Shown in pieces: positions 27,064 to 37,418 of a DNA stretch of 64,000 bases. The stretch comes from Candidatus Omnitrophota bacterium (GTDB lineage Bacteria; Omnitrophota; Gorgyraeia; Zapsychrales; Zapsychraceae), in assembly GCA_015233115.1 (NCBI GenBank), contig JADFYJ010000001.1, positions 195,084 to 259,083 on the forward strand, read 5' to 3'. Position 1 is the first letter of the stretch, and each line of letters starts with the position of its first letter. Made by a program: the position numbers and the translations under genes. The notes beneath the pieces are model-generated. The model was given only the letters and a program-made list of their open reading frames with translations. It was not told the DNA's origin and made no database searches.

Positions 27064-29199
27064 ATGAATAAAGCGTGGATGACCAAAACACAAAAAATTA
27101 TTTCTCAAGGCCGCAGTATTTCCTTAGGTGTCACTTTAATGGAGGGCGGCGCAAACTTTGCTATTTATTCACAATATGCGAAAGATATTTTTTTACTTTT
27201 ATTCGAACCATCTCAACAAACGCCAACTGATATTATTCGGCTTGAAAAAATTGAAAATAATATCTGGCTGATTTTTGTCCAAGGTATTAAACCGGGACAA
27301 TTATATGGGTATAAAGTCCGGGGAGATTATGATCCTAAACTTGGTTTACGTTTTAATGAAAATAAACTACTGTTAGATCCATATGCCAAAGCTATCCATG
27401 GAGACTTTATAAATGTTGATAAACTTTTATTCGCTTATAACGACAAATCACCAGAACAAGATCTCTCATTTGACCACCGCGACAATTCTGCCGTCGCGCC
27501 TAAGTCAGTAATTGTCGACGATTCATTTGATTGGAACCATGACATTAAACCCGGCATTCCGATGGAAAAACTCATTATTTATGAGCTCCATCTCAAAGGA
27601 TTTACGGCTCATCCTTCTTCTAAAGTAAGGCATCCAGGAACCTATTCCGGCTTTATCGAAAAAATACCTTATTTAAAAAGTCTTGGTATAAATGCGGTCG
27701 AATTACTTCCGGTCAATCAGTTTTATAAGAGGGATGGATTAGTAAATATTGGGCTAACTGACTATTGGGGTTATAATTCTATCGGCTTTTTTGCTCCGGA
27801 AAATTCCTATGCCAGTTCACCCAAAATTGGTGGTCAAGTTCAAGAGTTTAAAACACTGGTCAAAGAACTGCATAAAGCCGGTATTGAACTCATCCTCGAT
27901 GTTGTGTTTAATCATACTGGAGAGATTGATGAATTAGGCCCAACATTATGTTTTCGCGGAATTGATAATCCTTCATATTACGCTTTAAAAGGTCCAGGCA
28001 GCCAGCCAGGACGGTTATATGTCAATGACGCTGGATGTGGGAACATGCTTAATGTTGAGCATCCAGCAACTTTGCGGTTAATCATAGACGCCCTTCGTTA
28101 CTGGTCTACGGTAATGCATGTGGACGGATTCCGTTTTGACCTAGCTACCATTTTGCCCCGCATGCATGGCCAATACTCAAAAGACTCCGCTTTTTTCGAG
28201 GCAGTCTCTCACGACCCTGCGTTAAAGAACATTAAACTCATTGCTGAGCCATGGGATTTAACAACCTATCAAATCGGAAACTTTCCCCTAAACTGGTCGG
28301 AATGGAACGGGAAATTCCGCGATACCACCCGTCGTTTTATAAAAGGAGATTGGGGCCAAGCTAAAGATTTAGCTTACCGTTTGACCGGATCAGAAGATCT
28401 TTATGGAAATGGTGGTCGTGAGCCTTATAACAGTATTAATTTCATAACCTGCCATGATGGATTTACACTTTATGACCTGTTTTCTTACAATCAGAAACAT
28501 AATGAAGCTAATGGAGAAAAAAATAAAGACGGCACAAATGATAATTTTTCCTGGAATTGCGGCGTTGAAGGTGAAACCACCGATGAAGGGATCATTCAAT
28601 TCAGAAAACAAATGGTAAAAAACGCTTTAAGTTGTTTATTAATCCCGTTGGGGACTCCCATGATCTTGGGTGGTGATGAATTCATGCGCACACAGAAAGG
28701 AAATAACAATGCCTACTGCCAAGACAATGATATTACCTGGTTTGACTGGCAATACGCGCAAAAAAATCAAGATATCACGGAATTTTTAAAAAAACTGATT
28801 GTTTTTCGTAAACGATATACGATCTTACAAAAACGCAAATTCTCTCCTGGCCAACATTTAAATTTTAATAATACGAAGGATCTAGTCTGGTTTGGTGAAA
28901 ATCTCGATCATGTTAACTTGGAGGATCCGGCGATCAAAACATTCTGCTGCCATTTAGATGGAACTAAAGAACCATTAGATTCCAAACCGTATCATTTATT
29001 TTTCATGCTCAACGCTGACCATAACTCGCACATGATTAAAATACCAAAATTTGAGAAAATTACGTGGTATCGAACACTTGACACCAGTCTGCAAAGCGGG
29101 TATGATATTTCAGAATTCGGACGAGAACAAAAAATTGATCCTGCCGATGTCTATTTAATAAATCCTCGTTGTGTGGTGGTACTGGTAGGAAAAACCTAA
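27064..29199 (+). CDS. glgX: Glycogen debranching enzyme (GH13 isoamylase-type).
   Basis: GH13 regions ELLPVNQ, LDVVFNHTGE, GFRFDLA, EPWD and FITCHDGFTL. N-terminal CBM48-like segment. The start could be the ATG at 27064 or 27079. Confidence 0.85.
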   Translation: MNKAWMTKTQKIISQGRSISLGVTLMEGGANFAIYSQYAKDIFLLLFEPSQQTPTDIIRLEKIENNIWLIFVQGIKPGQLYGYKVRGDYDPKLGLRFNENKLLLDPYAKAIHGDFINVDKLLFAYNDKSPEQDLSFDHRDNSAVAPKSVIVDDSFDWNHDIKPGIPMEKLIIYELHLKGFTAHPSSKVRHPGTYSGFIEKIPYLKSLGINAVELLPVNQFYKRDGLVNIGLTDYWGYNSIGFFAPENSYASSPKIGGQVQEFKTLVKELHKAGIELILDVVFNHTGEIDELGPTLCFRGIDNPSYYALKGPGSQPGRLYVNDAGCGNMLNVEHPATLRLIIDALRYWSTVMHVDGFRFDLATILPRMHGQYSKDSAFFEAVSHDPALKNIKLIAEPWDLTTYQIGNFPLNWSEWNGKFRDTTRRFIKGDWGQAKDLAYRLTGSEDLYGNGGREPYNSINFITCHDGFTLYDLFSYNQKHNEANGEKNKDGTNDNFSWNCGVEGETTDEGIIQFRKQMVKNALSCLLIPLGTPMILGGDEFMRTQKGNNNAYCQDNDITWFDWQYAQKNQDITEFLKKLIVFRKRYTILQKRKFSPGQHLNFNNTKDLVWFGENLDHVNLEDPAIKTFCCHLDGTKEPLDSKPYHLFFMLNADHNSHMIKIPKFEKITWYRTLDTSLQSGYDISEFGREQKIDPADVYLINPRCVVVLVGKT

Positions 29200-29258
29200 C
29201 AGTATAACAATTTTTTATTAATTCACTTGCGCCCGCATTTATGCCATGATATGCTTTT

Positions 29259-29274
29259 GTATGAAATTTCATAC
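29259..29274 (+). promoter_or_regulatory. 16-bp perfect palindrome GTATGAAATTTCATAC upstream of the second TolC-RND pair. Candidate operator.
   Basis: Read directly. About 40 bp upstream of the ORF-track start of the TolC-like gene. Confidence 0.3.
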
Positions 29275-29314
29275 TAATCAGACAAATCAAACCACAAATC
29301 AATAAACAATTTCC

Positions 29315-30628
29315 ATGAAATCCTTAGGAATCACCATGACCTTTAAAAAAATATTTTTCCTGACATTCTTTATTCTAATCGCGTCATCTGTCATTATCAT
29401 TTTTATTAAACTGGTTTCCGCCGAAACGATTGAATCTGTGAACAGCAGTAGTCTAAATTTAGACGACTGTTACAAGTTGGCGCTCAAACAAAGCGAAACC
29501 TTAGCCATAAACCGAGAAAAAATTATTCAAGCGGAAGCTCATTTCTTACAAGCTTTAGGAACCGCTTTACCGCAAGTATCCCTTTCCCGGACTGATACGC
29601 GACACTATTCCGATAATTCGCCTTCCTCGAATAAGAGCTTTGAACAAAAATTTATATTTACCCAGCAGCTGTTTGCGGGATTCAAAGAATTCGCAGCTAT
29701 ATCAGGAAGCCATTTGGAATCAAAACAACGCAGAAATGAACAATTGCGGGCCGAACAAATTTTATTTGAAAATGTTTCAGATGCCTTTTACCTTTTAGTA
29801 GAAACCCGTGATGATCTCAAAATTTTAAAAACTATTCATATATCTTTGAACGATCGGGTGAAAGATCTTTCAGAACGGTTTAAATTAGGTAAATCACGAA
29901 AGAGTGAAGTTGTTAATACCGAAGTTCAGCTTTATAACACAGAAGCAGATATCGAAACAGCCAAAAATCAAGAAATGATAGCTAAAGAATTATTGGAATT
30001 TTTAACCGGCCAAACAATCAGCGATATCACGGATACTCAGGTTAATTTTATCTTAAAATCAGAAACAGAATATATGAACCATGCCGCCACCCGCGCGGAT
30101 GTCAAAGCCGCTGATTACGCATGGAAAGTTAGTCAAAAACAAGTGGCCATAGCCAGAAGCGGGTTTTTCCCGACTGTTAATCTAGAAGGAGATTATTATA
30201 CTCATCGCACATCTTCGCCAGTTGACAGCGACTGGTCAACCCTGTTAACCGTTTCTGTACCAATCTTTAAAGGAACCTCAACGATGGGCAATCTTAAAGA
30301 AGCAAATTCAATCGCCAAACAATATGAGCTTTATTATAATTTAGCCTTAAGGAATGCCCTACAAGATATCCATGATGCCTATACAAATGTACAATTTTCC
30401 ATTTCCCGAAGCAATGCGCTTGCCAAGGCGCTGGAATCTGCTGAATTAGATTTTAAGTTACAAACGCAAGATTACGCGTCTAATTTAGTGAATAACCTTG
30501 ATGTGCTCACAGCTATCCAGGATCTGGCCGCTGTTAAAAGAAATTATTCCCATACCGCAGCTGAGAATAAAAGATTTTATTGGCAATTACTCGTCGCTTC
30601 TGGTGACATCAATCTAGGAAATAAATAA
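29315..30628 (+). CDS. TolC-like outer membrane efflux protein.
   Basis: Signal or TM N-terminus and two OEP repeats. Immediately followed by an RND gene. Confidence 0.8.
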   Translation: MKSLGITMTFKKIFFLTFFILIASSVIIIFIKLVSAETIESVNSSSLNLDDCYKLALKQSETLAINREKIIQAEAHFLQALGTALPQVSLSRTDTRHYSDNSPSSNKSFEQKFIFTQQLFAGFKEFAAISGSHLESKQRRNEQLRAEQILFENVSDAFYLLVETRDDLKILKTIHISLNDRVKDLSERFKLGKSRKSEVVNTEVQLYNTEADIETAKNQEMIAKELLEFLTGQTISDITDTQVNFILKSETEYMNHAATRADVKAADYAWKVSQKQVAIARSGFFPTVNLEGDYYTHRTSSPVDSDWSTLLTVSVPIFKGTSTMGNLKEANSIAKQYELYYNLALRNALQDIHDAYTNVQFSISRSNALAKALESAELDFKLQTQDYASNLVNNLDVLTAIQDLAAVKRNYSHTAAENKRFYWQLLVASGDINLGNK

Positions 30629-30629
30629 C

Positions 30630-33600
30630 ATGACACTTTCAGACATATCGATTAAAAATCCCGTTTTCGCATGGATGCTTATGTTGGGCATTTTGGTTTT
30701 TGGTTTCATCGGTTTTCAACGTCTGGGCGTTAGCCAAATGCCTGACGTTGACTTCCCTATAGTATCCGTGTCAGTAACCTGGGAAGGAGCTGCCCCGGAA
30801 GTTATGGAAACTGATGTCACAGATGTTTTAGAAGACGCGGTCATGAGTGTGGAAGGGATTAAAGACGTCACTTCTGTTTCGAAACAAGGCCAAAGCCAGT
30901 TGACCATAGAGTTTAATTTGAATCGCAATATCGACGCGGCATTGCAGGATGTTCAAACCAAAATCGCGCAAGCTCAACGGAATTTACCAACAGATATTGA
31001 TCCGCCGATTGTAACCAAAACTAATCCTGAAGATCAACCCATTATGTGGGTTACTTATTCCGGTGATAAACCAATTAAAGAATTGTCAAAGTATGTTTTT
31101 GAAACCTTAAAAGATCAATTTACCGCAGTTCCCGGCGTAGGAACTATTCAATTAGGCGGTTATGTTGACCCTAATCTGAGGGTTTGGCTCAATGCTAAAA
31201 AAATGCAGGACAAAGAAATTACGGTCGAAGATATTTTAGGTACCATCAATACTCAACACGTTGACCAACCAGCCGGGTATATCGATACTGGTGTCAAAGA
31301 AATTAATGTGCGGGTTTATGGCGAAGCAACTACACCCGAAGAATTTCAAAATATCACGATCCCCCAACGCGTCCGTGGGGGACCAGTCTGGAATAATTTA
31401 CAGCTTAAAGATATTGCTACCGTGGAAGACGGATTGGCGGACATCCGCCGGATCGCCCGCACTTCAGGACAACCGTGTATAGGGATGGGAATCATCAAAC
31501 AGCGCGGATCCAACGCCGTTAAAGTCGCGGAAGCAGTTAAACAAAGAATGAAAGATTTAGAAAATCGACTTCCGGCTAATACTAAACTTAATCTGGTTTT
31601 TGATTCGACACAATTCATAAAAGATTCTGTCAATGAATTGAAATTTAATTTACTATTATCCGTTTTACTGACTTCTATGGTTTGCTTTTTCTTTTTGGGA
31701 TCCTGGACTGCGACCCTAAATGTTCTTTTGGCCATTCCCACGTCTGTTATGGGCGCGTTTGTGGTGCTCTATTTTCTTGGATTTACCATTAATACGTTTA
31801 CCATGCTGGGCCTGTCGCTAGTCATCGGAATTATCGTCGATGACGCAATCATGGTTTTGGAAAATATTTCCCGTTATCAAGAACAAGGCTTAGCCCGAAA
31901 AGCGGCGGCCATTATAGGCGCCCGTCAAATTACTTTTGCGGCATTAGCGGCATCCATTGCCATCTTGGCCATATTTATCCCGGTTATTTTCATGGAAGGG
32001 ATCGTTGGAAAATTCTTTTACCAGTTTGGTGTGACGATATCGGTGGCTGTTATGTTTTCATTATTAGAAGCATTGACGATCGCGCCGATGCGTTGTTCAC
32101 AATTTTTGGATGTAGGACATACCACTCGCCTAGGGAAAGTGGTCGATGGTTTCATGCATTGGTTAAGGTCAAGTTATCGTTCGATCTTAGCTTTTTTACT
32201 CAATCATCCGGGTAAAGTTTTAATTGTGGCCATTTTAATTTTCGCGGGATCTTTACAATTAAATAAACTTATTAAAAAAGAATTTGTCCCGTCTCAAGAC
32301 CAAAGCCGATTTATTGCCCGTTTAACAACCCCCCTGGGATCATCCTTGGATACAACAAATGCAGTATTTAAAAAAGCTGAAACCTTTTTTCTACAAAAGC
32401 CGGAAGTAGATAAAATTTTTGCTTCAGTCGGAGGGAGCCAGGTCAATCAGGGCATCATTTTTGTAACCATGAAACCCCGTGACCAACGCCCCATGATTAA
32501 CGGCCATCATGAAACCCAGCTTGAATTTATGGAAAATGTTAGAAAACCTTTGAACAAAATCCCGGGCATGCAGCGGGCGGTTATTCAAGATCTATCTCAA
32601 TCAGCATTTACGGCTAAACGCGGTTTCCCGGTTGAATTTACAGTTCAAGGCCCGGATTGGGATAAACTGGGTGTATATAGCCAAGAGCTTATGAAAAAAA
32701 TGAAAGAATCGGGCACGATGTCGGATATTGATACAGATTATCAGTTAGGTATGCCGGAGTTGCAAATCCATCCTGATCGTTTAAAAGCGGCGGCGCATGG
32801 CGTAAGCATTGGATCAATCGCGGATACCATTAATAGTATGATCGGAGGATTACGCGTTGGAAAGTATACCAGTAACGGAAAACGTTACGACATTCGCGTC
32901 CGATTAACCGGCGCAGATCGTTCTAAAACCGAAGATATTGATAATATTTGGATTCGTAACCAATATGGGGAACTCGTGCGATTATCCGATGTGACCACCG
33001 CTGAAGTTAAACCAACACTTTTTTCCGTAACCCGTGCCAGCCGTCAGAGGGCTGTCAGTATATTTGCTAATCCTAGCCAAGGTCATTCACAACAAGAAGC
33101 ATTAGACACTGTTACGAAATTGGCTAAAACAGTTCTCCCGCAAGATTATCATGTGGTTTTATCCGGAGGAGCAAAAGCGTATAAAGAATCTTTCCAAGGT
33201 TTAATATTCACTTTAATCTTAGGAATTTTTGTGGCATATATGGTTTTAGCGACTCAATTCAACAGTTTTCTTCATCCGTTTACTGTTCTTTTGGCATTAC
33301 CATTTAGTGTGACTGGCGCATTTTTAGCATTATATTTAAGCGGCCATTCCGTTAATCTTTACAGCATGATTGGACTTATTCTGCTAATGGGTATTGTGAA
33401 GAAAAATTCTATTTTACTGGTAGATTTTACGAATGAACGCAGAAGGGAAGGGCTTAATGTTAAAGACGCGCTTTTAGAAGCCTGCCCAGTCCGTTTGCGT
33501 CCTATTCTCATGACCTCCATTGCGACCGTAGCTGCGGCTATTCCATTGTCTTTAGCCATAGGACCAGGTTCAGAAGTTATGGTTCCAATGGCGGTATCCG

Positions 33601-33731
33601 TGGTCGGTGGCGTTACAGTTTCAACTTTCTTAACTTTATTTGTTGTGCCGTGCGCGTATGAACTATTCTCAAAAATCGAGCGCAAAAATTATAAAGAAGA
33701 AAAAAACGAAGAACAAAACACGTCACAATGA
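30630..33731 (+). CDS. RND efflux permease.
   Basis: 1033 aa; 12 TM helices and two large periplasmic loops; IVDDAIMVLENI motif. Confidence 0.9.
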   Translation: MTLSDISIKNPVFAWMLMLGILVFGFIGFQRLGVSQMPDVDFPIVSVSVTWEGAAPEVMETDVTDVLEDAVMSVEGIKDVTSVSKQGQSQLTIEFNLNRNIDAALQDVQTKIAQAQRNLPTDIDPPIVTKTNPEDQPIMWVTYSGDKPIKELSKYVFETLKDQFTAVPGVGTIQLGGYVDPNLRVWLNAKKMQDKEITVEDILGTINTQHVDQPAGYIDTGVKEINVRVYGEATTPEEFQNITIPQRVRGGPVWNNLQLKDIATVEDGLADIRRIARTSGQPCIGMGIIKQRGSNAVKVAEAVKQRMKDLENRLPANTKLNLVFDSTQFIKDSVNELKFNLLLSVLLTSMVCFFFLGSWTATLNVLLAIPTSVMGAFVVLYFLGFTINTFTMLGLSLVIGIIVDDAIMVLENISRYQEQGLARKAAAIIGARQITFAALAASIAILAIFIPVIFMEGIVGKFFYQFGVTISVAVMFSLLEALTIAPMRCSQFLDVGHTTRLGKVVDGFMHWLRSSYRSILAFLLNHPGKVLIVAILIFAGSLQLNKLIKKEFVPSQDQSRFIARLTTPLGSSLDTTNAVFKKAETFFLQKPEVDKIFASVGGSQVNQGIIFVTMKPRDQRPMINGHHETQLEFMENVRKPLNKIPGMQRAVIQDLSQSAFTAKRGFPVEFTVQGPDWDKLGVYSQELMKKMKESGTMSDIDTDYQLGMPELQIHPDRLKAAAHGVSIGSIADTINSMIGGLRVGKYTSNGKRYDIRVRLTGADRSKTEDIDNIWIRNQYGELVRLSDVTTAEVKPTLFSVTRASRQRAVSIFANPSQGHSQQEALDTVTKLAKTVLPQDYHVVLSGGAKAYKESFQGLIFTLILGIFVAYMVLATQFNSFLHPFTVLLALPFSVTGAFLALYLSGHSVNLYSMIGLILLMGIVKKNSILLVDFTNERRREGLNVKDALLEACPVRLRPILMTSIATVAAAIPLSLAIGPGSEVMVPMAVSVVGGVTVSTFLTLFVVPCAYELFSKIERKNYKEEKNEEQNTSQ

Positions 33732-33986
33732 CACAAAGTCACAAGGTCACAAAGGAAAACTTTGTAAAAAACGAAACGAGCAATAATTGACGTTAAAAAT
33801 GATCTTATTTAAAAATATAACAAAACAATATTACACGACGCTCTAGCAAAATGACGAATCCCATAAAAAATTTAATTTAATTTTGATATTTTTGTTTATT
33901 TAAATTTCGCGTAATGTGTTATTCTGTTTATCGTTTTATTAATCTTTACTACCCTTTGTGACTTTGTGTCCTTGTGACATTGTGAC
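33721..33986 (+). repeat. MITE-like element, copy A: terminal inverted repeats built from GTCACAA(G/A)G direct repeats, flanking an A/T-rich core.
   Basis: Left arm CGTCACAATGACACAAAGTCACAAGGTCACAAAGG overlaps the RND stop codon. Right arm CCTTTGTGACTTTGTGTCCTTGTGACATTGTGAC. Conserved sub-terminal AAAACTTTGTAAAAAACGAAAC and TTAATCTTTACTACC. Confidence 0.7.
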
Positions 33987-34030
33987 TTTTAAAAATTAAG
34001 CCAACCCTTAAAACAAAAGGATTCAAAGCT

Positions 34031-34687
34031 ATGGCTTTTACGGACCGGCTAAAAAGATGTTTTAAATTGCGTTTTGCCATTGTCTATCCATTCGCGATTT
34101 ACGCAGTTTTTTTCACCCATCCTGATGCGCAATCCATTTCACAGGGAATAGGATTTGTTGTTTTGGGATTATTGACCAGGCTCTGGTCTAATGGCTATGC
34201 CATTAAATTAGAGAAATTAACGACTTCCGGACCGTATGCTCATATTCGCCATCCTTTATATTTCGGCACATCACTCGTTCTTATAGGCTTTATCATTATG
34301 CTTAAAATGTATTTGGTGGGAATATTATTTTTCATCGTCGTAGTTTCTGTATATTTCCGCACCATTAAACAAGAAGAACAGATGCTGGAAGATAAATTTA
34401 AAGACGATTACCTTGATTATAAGAAAAAAGTTCCGGCATTTTATCCTGCTGTCCTGGCTTATTCAAAGGGAGAAAAGTGGCCCTTTAGTTTTGAACGGCT
34501 TATGAGAAGCAAAGAATATAAATCTGCCATTTGGGTTATTATTTTTATAATTTTTATTTATTTAAAAACTATCCTATTAGTACAAAAATTACCTATGAAT
34601 AATCGCTTATGGGCATTAGCTGCTATCGCTGTTTTGCTTGCCGCGACGGATATAACTGGGGAAATAATTAAAAAAGGTAAAAGATAG
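34031..34687 (+). CDS. ICMT/PEMT-family membrane methyltransferase.
   Basis: GPYAHIRHPLYFGTSLVLIG matches the isoprenylcysteine carboxyl / phospholipid methyltransferase motif. Multiple TM helices. Confidence 0.6.
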   Translation: MAFTDRLKRCFKLRFAIVYPFAIYAVFFTHPDAQSISQGIGFVVLGLLTRLWSNGYAIKLEKLTTSGPYAHIRHPLYFGTSLVLIGFIIMLKMYLVGILFFIVVVSVYFRTIKQEEQMLEDKFKDDYLDYKKKVPAFYPAVLAYSKGEKWPFSFERLMRSKEYKSAIWVIIFIIFIYLKTILLVQKLPMNNRLWALAAIAVLLAATDITGEIIKKGKR

Positions 34688-34748
34688 ACGTGGGACGAGG
34701 GATGATGGACGAAAAAGCGATTGCTCAAAAGCGAACAGCTAAAAAAAA

Positions 34749-35648
34749 ATGTTAAAAAAGACAATAAACCGCTCAATTTTTTATTTTGTTTTTTTTCTAT
34801 CTTCTATCGTCTATCTTCTATCGTCTATGACTTCACTTGTCTGCGCCCAAAAACCTCTGCGTATTGTTACTTCCTTTTATCCAATGTATATCATGGCGCT
34901 GAATGTAACTAAAGACATTCCTGGCGTTGTGGTTGAAAATTTAACTTCTTCCCAAACAGGTTGTTTGCATGATTATGCTCTGACGCCTGATGATATGAAA
35001 AAATTAACTGGTGCTAATTTATTTGTCGCTAACGGTGCTGGCATGGAAAATTTTTTAAACAATATAACAGCCCGCTATTCCCAGATTAAAATTGTCCAAT
35101 TAGCTGATGGTATTTCATTAATTAAAAACGGTAACGATATAAATCCGCATGTATGGACCAGCATTTCGAATGCGATTAAAGAAGTGGAAAATTTAAGCAA
35201 AGCGCTTGAAATTGCTGATCCCAGTCACCAAAAGGCTTATAGCGATAACGCTCATGCATATGTTATAAAATTAAAAAAAATACAGACTCTCATGCATAAA
35301 GAACTTTATATGTATATTGGGGAAAAAATCATTACTTTTCACGAAGCTTTTCCATATTTTGCCCAAGAATTTGGGTTGAATATCGCGGCGGTAATAGAGA
35401 GGGAGCCTGGTTCTGAGCCCAGCGCCAAGGAATTGGCGGATACAATTGATTTGGTTAAAAAAACCGGCATCAAGGCTTTATTTACCGAACCACAGTATCC
35501 GGCACTGGCAGCTCAAACGATTGCGCAAGAAACCGAAGCAAAAATTTTTACTTTAGATCCAGCAGTTACAGGGCCAGAAGAACCCGATGCATATATAAAC
35601 ATCATGACAAAAAATTTAAAAGTTTTGAAATCGGCGTTTACACAGTAA
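34749..35648 (+). CDS. Metal (Zn/Mn) ABC transporter substrate-binding protein, TroA/ZnuA family.
   Basis: Signal peptide. Cluster 9 SBP length and motifs (HVWTS, ITFHEAFPYFAQEFGL, ALFTEPQ). Followed by ATPase and permease genes. Confidence 0.8.
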   Translation: MLKKTINRSIFYFVFFLSSIVYLLSSMTSLVCAQKPLRIVTSFYPMYIMALNVTKDIPGVVVENLTSSQTGCLHDYALTPDDMKKLTGANLFVANGAGMENFLNNITARYSQIKIVQLADGISLIKNGNDINPHVWTSISNAIKEVENLSKALEIADPSHQKAYSDNAHAYVIKLKKIQTLMHKELYMYIGEKIITFHEAFPYFAQEFGLNIAAVIEREPGSEPSAKELADTIDLVKKTGIKALFTEPQYPALAAQTIAQETEAKIFTLDPAVTGPEEPDAYINIMTKNLKVLKSAFTQ

Positions 35649-35673
35649 TGTATTAAATATTTTTATATATCAC

Positions 35674-35700
35674 TGTCATTCCCGCGAAGGCGGGAATCCA
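35674..35700 (+). repeat. ATTCCC-N8-GGGAAT hairpin repeat (TGTCATTCCCGCGAAGGCGGGAATCCA), same family as 11195..11221.
   Basis: Near-identical to the copy after the enolase gene. Sits just after the stop codon of the upstream gene. Confidence 0.6.
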
Positions 35701-35752
35701 GTTTACGTTTCACTTTTCACTTCTCACATTTTACATTTTAAAAGGTTGTTTT

Positions 35753-36481
35753 ATGCCTCGAGATTGCGGACATTGCTGCACCCGAATATCGGATCTTAAT
35801 GTTAAGATCAATGGTCATCATATTTTACAAAATATTAATTTGCATATTAATTGCGGTGAAATTTTGGCTATTATCGGACCGAACGGAGCAGGTAAAACCA
35901 CTTTATTAAACGCGATTCTTGGAGAAATGCCCTACACAGGGAAAATGTCATTCTTAGTCAAAAAGACTCGCGCCAACAAGCCCAAAATAGGATATGTTCC
36001 GCAAAGACTGCAGATTGAACCAAATTCTCCAGTCAGTGTGCAAGATTTTGTGTCTGCTTCAATTTCGAACCATCCGATCTGGACTGGTTTCCCCAAAAAA
36101 GTTGCGGATCAATGCCTAGAATGCTTAAAACCTTTTTCCGCTGAGCATTTGATTAAAAGAAAAATATGCGAACTTTCCGGAGGAGAACTACAAAGGGTTC
36201 TTTTGGCCACGGCTATGGTGCCGACTCCTGATTTACTATTGCTGGATGAACCAGGAACCGGAGTGGATGTGAGTGGTTTAGTGTTATTTTATGAATTAGT
36301 CCGAGGGCTCAGGACTCAGCATGATATCTCAGTGATCATTGTTACTCATGATTTATTTGGCGTCGCTGAATATGTAGATCATCTGGTGTTATTAAACCGG
36401 AGCATCATAGCGGAAGGGACTCCCCAGGAAGTGTTATCAGATAAAAAAACCTTTGAAACCTTTGCTTTCCACAAATTATGA
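35753..36481 (+). CDS. Metal ABC transporter ATP-binding protein (ZnuC-like).
   Basis: Walker A GPNGAGKTT, ABC signature LSGGELQR, Walker B LLLLDEP. Confidence 0.85.
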   Translation: MPRDCGHCCTRISDLNVKINGHHILQNINLHINCGEILAIIGPNGAGKTTLLNAILGEMPYTGKMSFLVKKTRANKPKIGYVPQRLQIEPNSPVSVQDFVSASISNHPIWTGFPKKVADQCLECLKPFSAEHLIKRKICELSGGELQRVLLATAMVPTPDLLLLDEPGTGVDVSGLVLFYELVRGLRTQHDISVIIVTHDLFGVAEYVDHLVLLNRSIIAEGTPQEVLSDKKTFETFAFHKL

Positions 36482-37326
36482 TTGATATTTGGTATAAATT
36501 CATTGAATTCTGTTTTCCCTTTAGTTGGACGCATTACGTCTTCATGAAAAATGCACTGTTGGCGATTATATTAATTTCGCCGGTTTTCGCGCAAATGGGG
36601 ACATTAGTCGTTAATAACCGAATGGTATTTTTTTCTGATGTTTTAGCGCATTCAACACTTGCCAGCTTAGCCATTGGAGTTATTTTTGGATTTCAGGAGC
36701 CTTCATTAGTTATGATTGGTTTTGCGGTACTTTTGGCTATTGCCATCAATTTTCTAAAAAAAATGTCCAATTTGTCCATGGATACAGTGTTAGGGATTTT
36801 ATCCGCATTTATTGTAGCATTAGGCGTGGTTATTTTAAGCAGACAGGGTGGATTTTCGAAATTTTCAACGTATTTAATTGGAGATATTCTTTCTATATCA
36901 ACGGAACAATTAGCTTCAATTATTTTTTTGTGGGTGATCGTGTTTTGGTTTTGGTACAAATACGGCAACAAATTAATACTTATGAGTGTAAATGCGTCTT
37001 TAGCCCGCAGCCGGGGAATCAATATTTTCTGGCTTGAAACCTCATTTACTGTACTTTTAGCTATTGTCATCATGGTAAATATAAAACTCGTAGGTATCCT
37101 GATCATGAATTCACTATTGGTGATTCCCGCCGCAGCCAGCCGTAACATCAGCCGCAATATTAAAACTTACACATTAAGCGCAGTCTTAATCAGTGTTATA
37201 TCCGGAATTACTGGATTAATCTTCTCTTATTATTGGGGAACCGCATCCGGAGCAACAATCGTCATTTTTCTAACCTTATCTTACGTCATCACATTAATTT
37301 ACGCAAAAATATTACAATCCAGATAA
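36478..37326 (+). CDS. Metal ABC transporter permease (ZnuB-like).
   Basis: 8-TM ABC-3 type permease. 4-nt overlap with the ATPase gene. Confidence 0.8.
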   Translation: MIDIWYKFIEFCFPFSWTHYVFMKNALLAIILISPVFAQMGTLVVNNRMVFFSDVLAHSTLASLAIGVIFGFQEPSLVMIGFAVLLAIAINFLKKMSNLSMDTVLGILSAFIVALGVVILSRQGGFSKFSTYLIGDILSISTEQLASIIFLWVIVFWFWYKYGNKLILMSVNASLARSRGINIFWLETSFTVLLAIVIMVNIKLVGILIMNSLLVIPAAASRNISRNIKTYTLSAVLISVISGITGLIFSYYWGTASGATIVIFLTLSYVITLIYAKILQSR

Positions 37327-37418
37327 TCGAATAAATAACAAAAAACAAAAAACTAATTATTTTTGATGTATTTTTTTATAATTTATGTACAATAGTAAAA
37401 TTATCTTGAGTGTTACAT

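Noticed and set aside
34558-34912. ORFs 34558..34776(-) and 34721..34912(+) around the znuA start.
   Set aside because: They overlap the PEMT-like and znuA-like genes in other frames or strands, and have low-complexity products.
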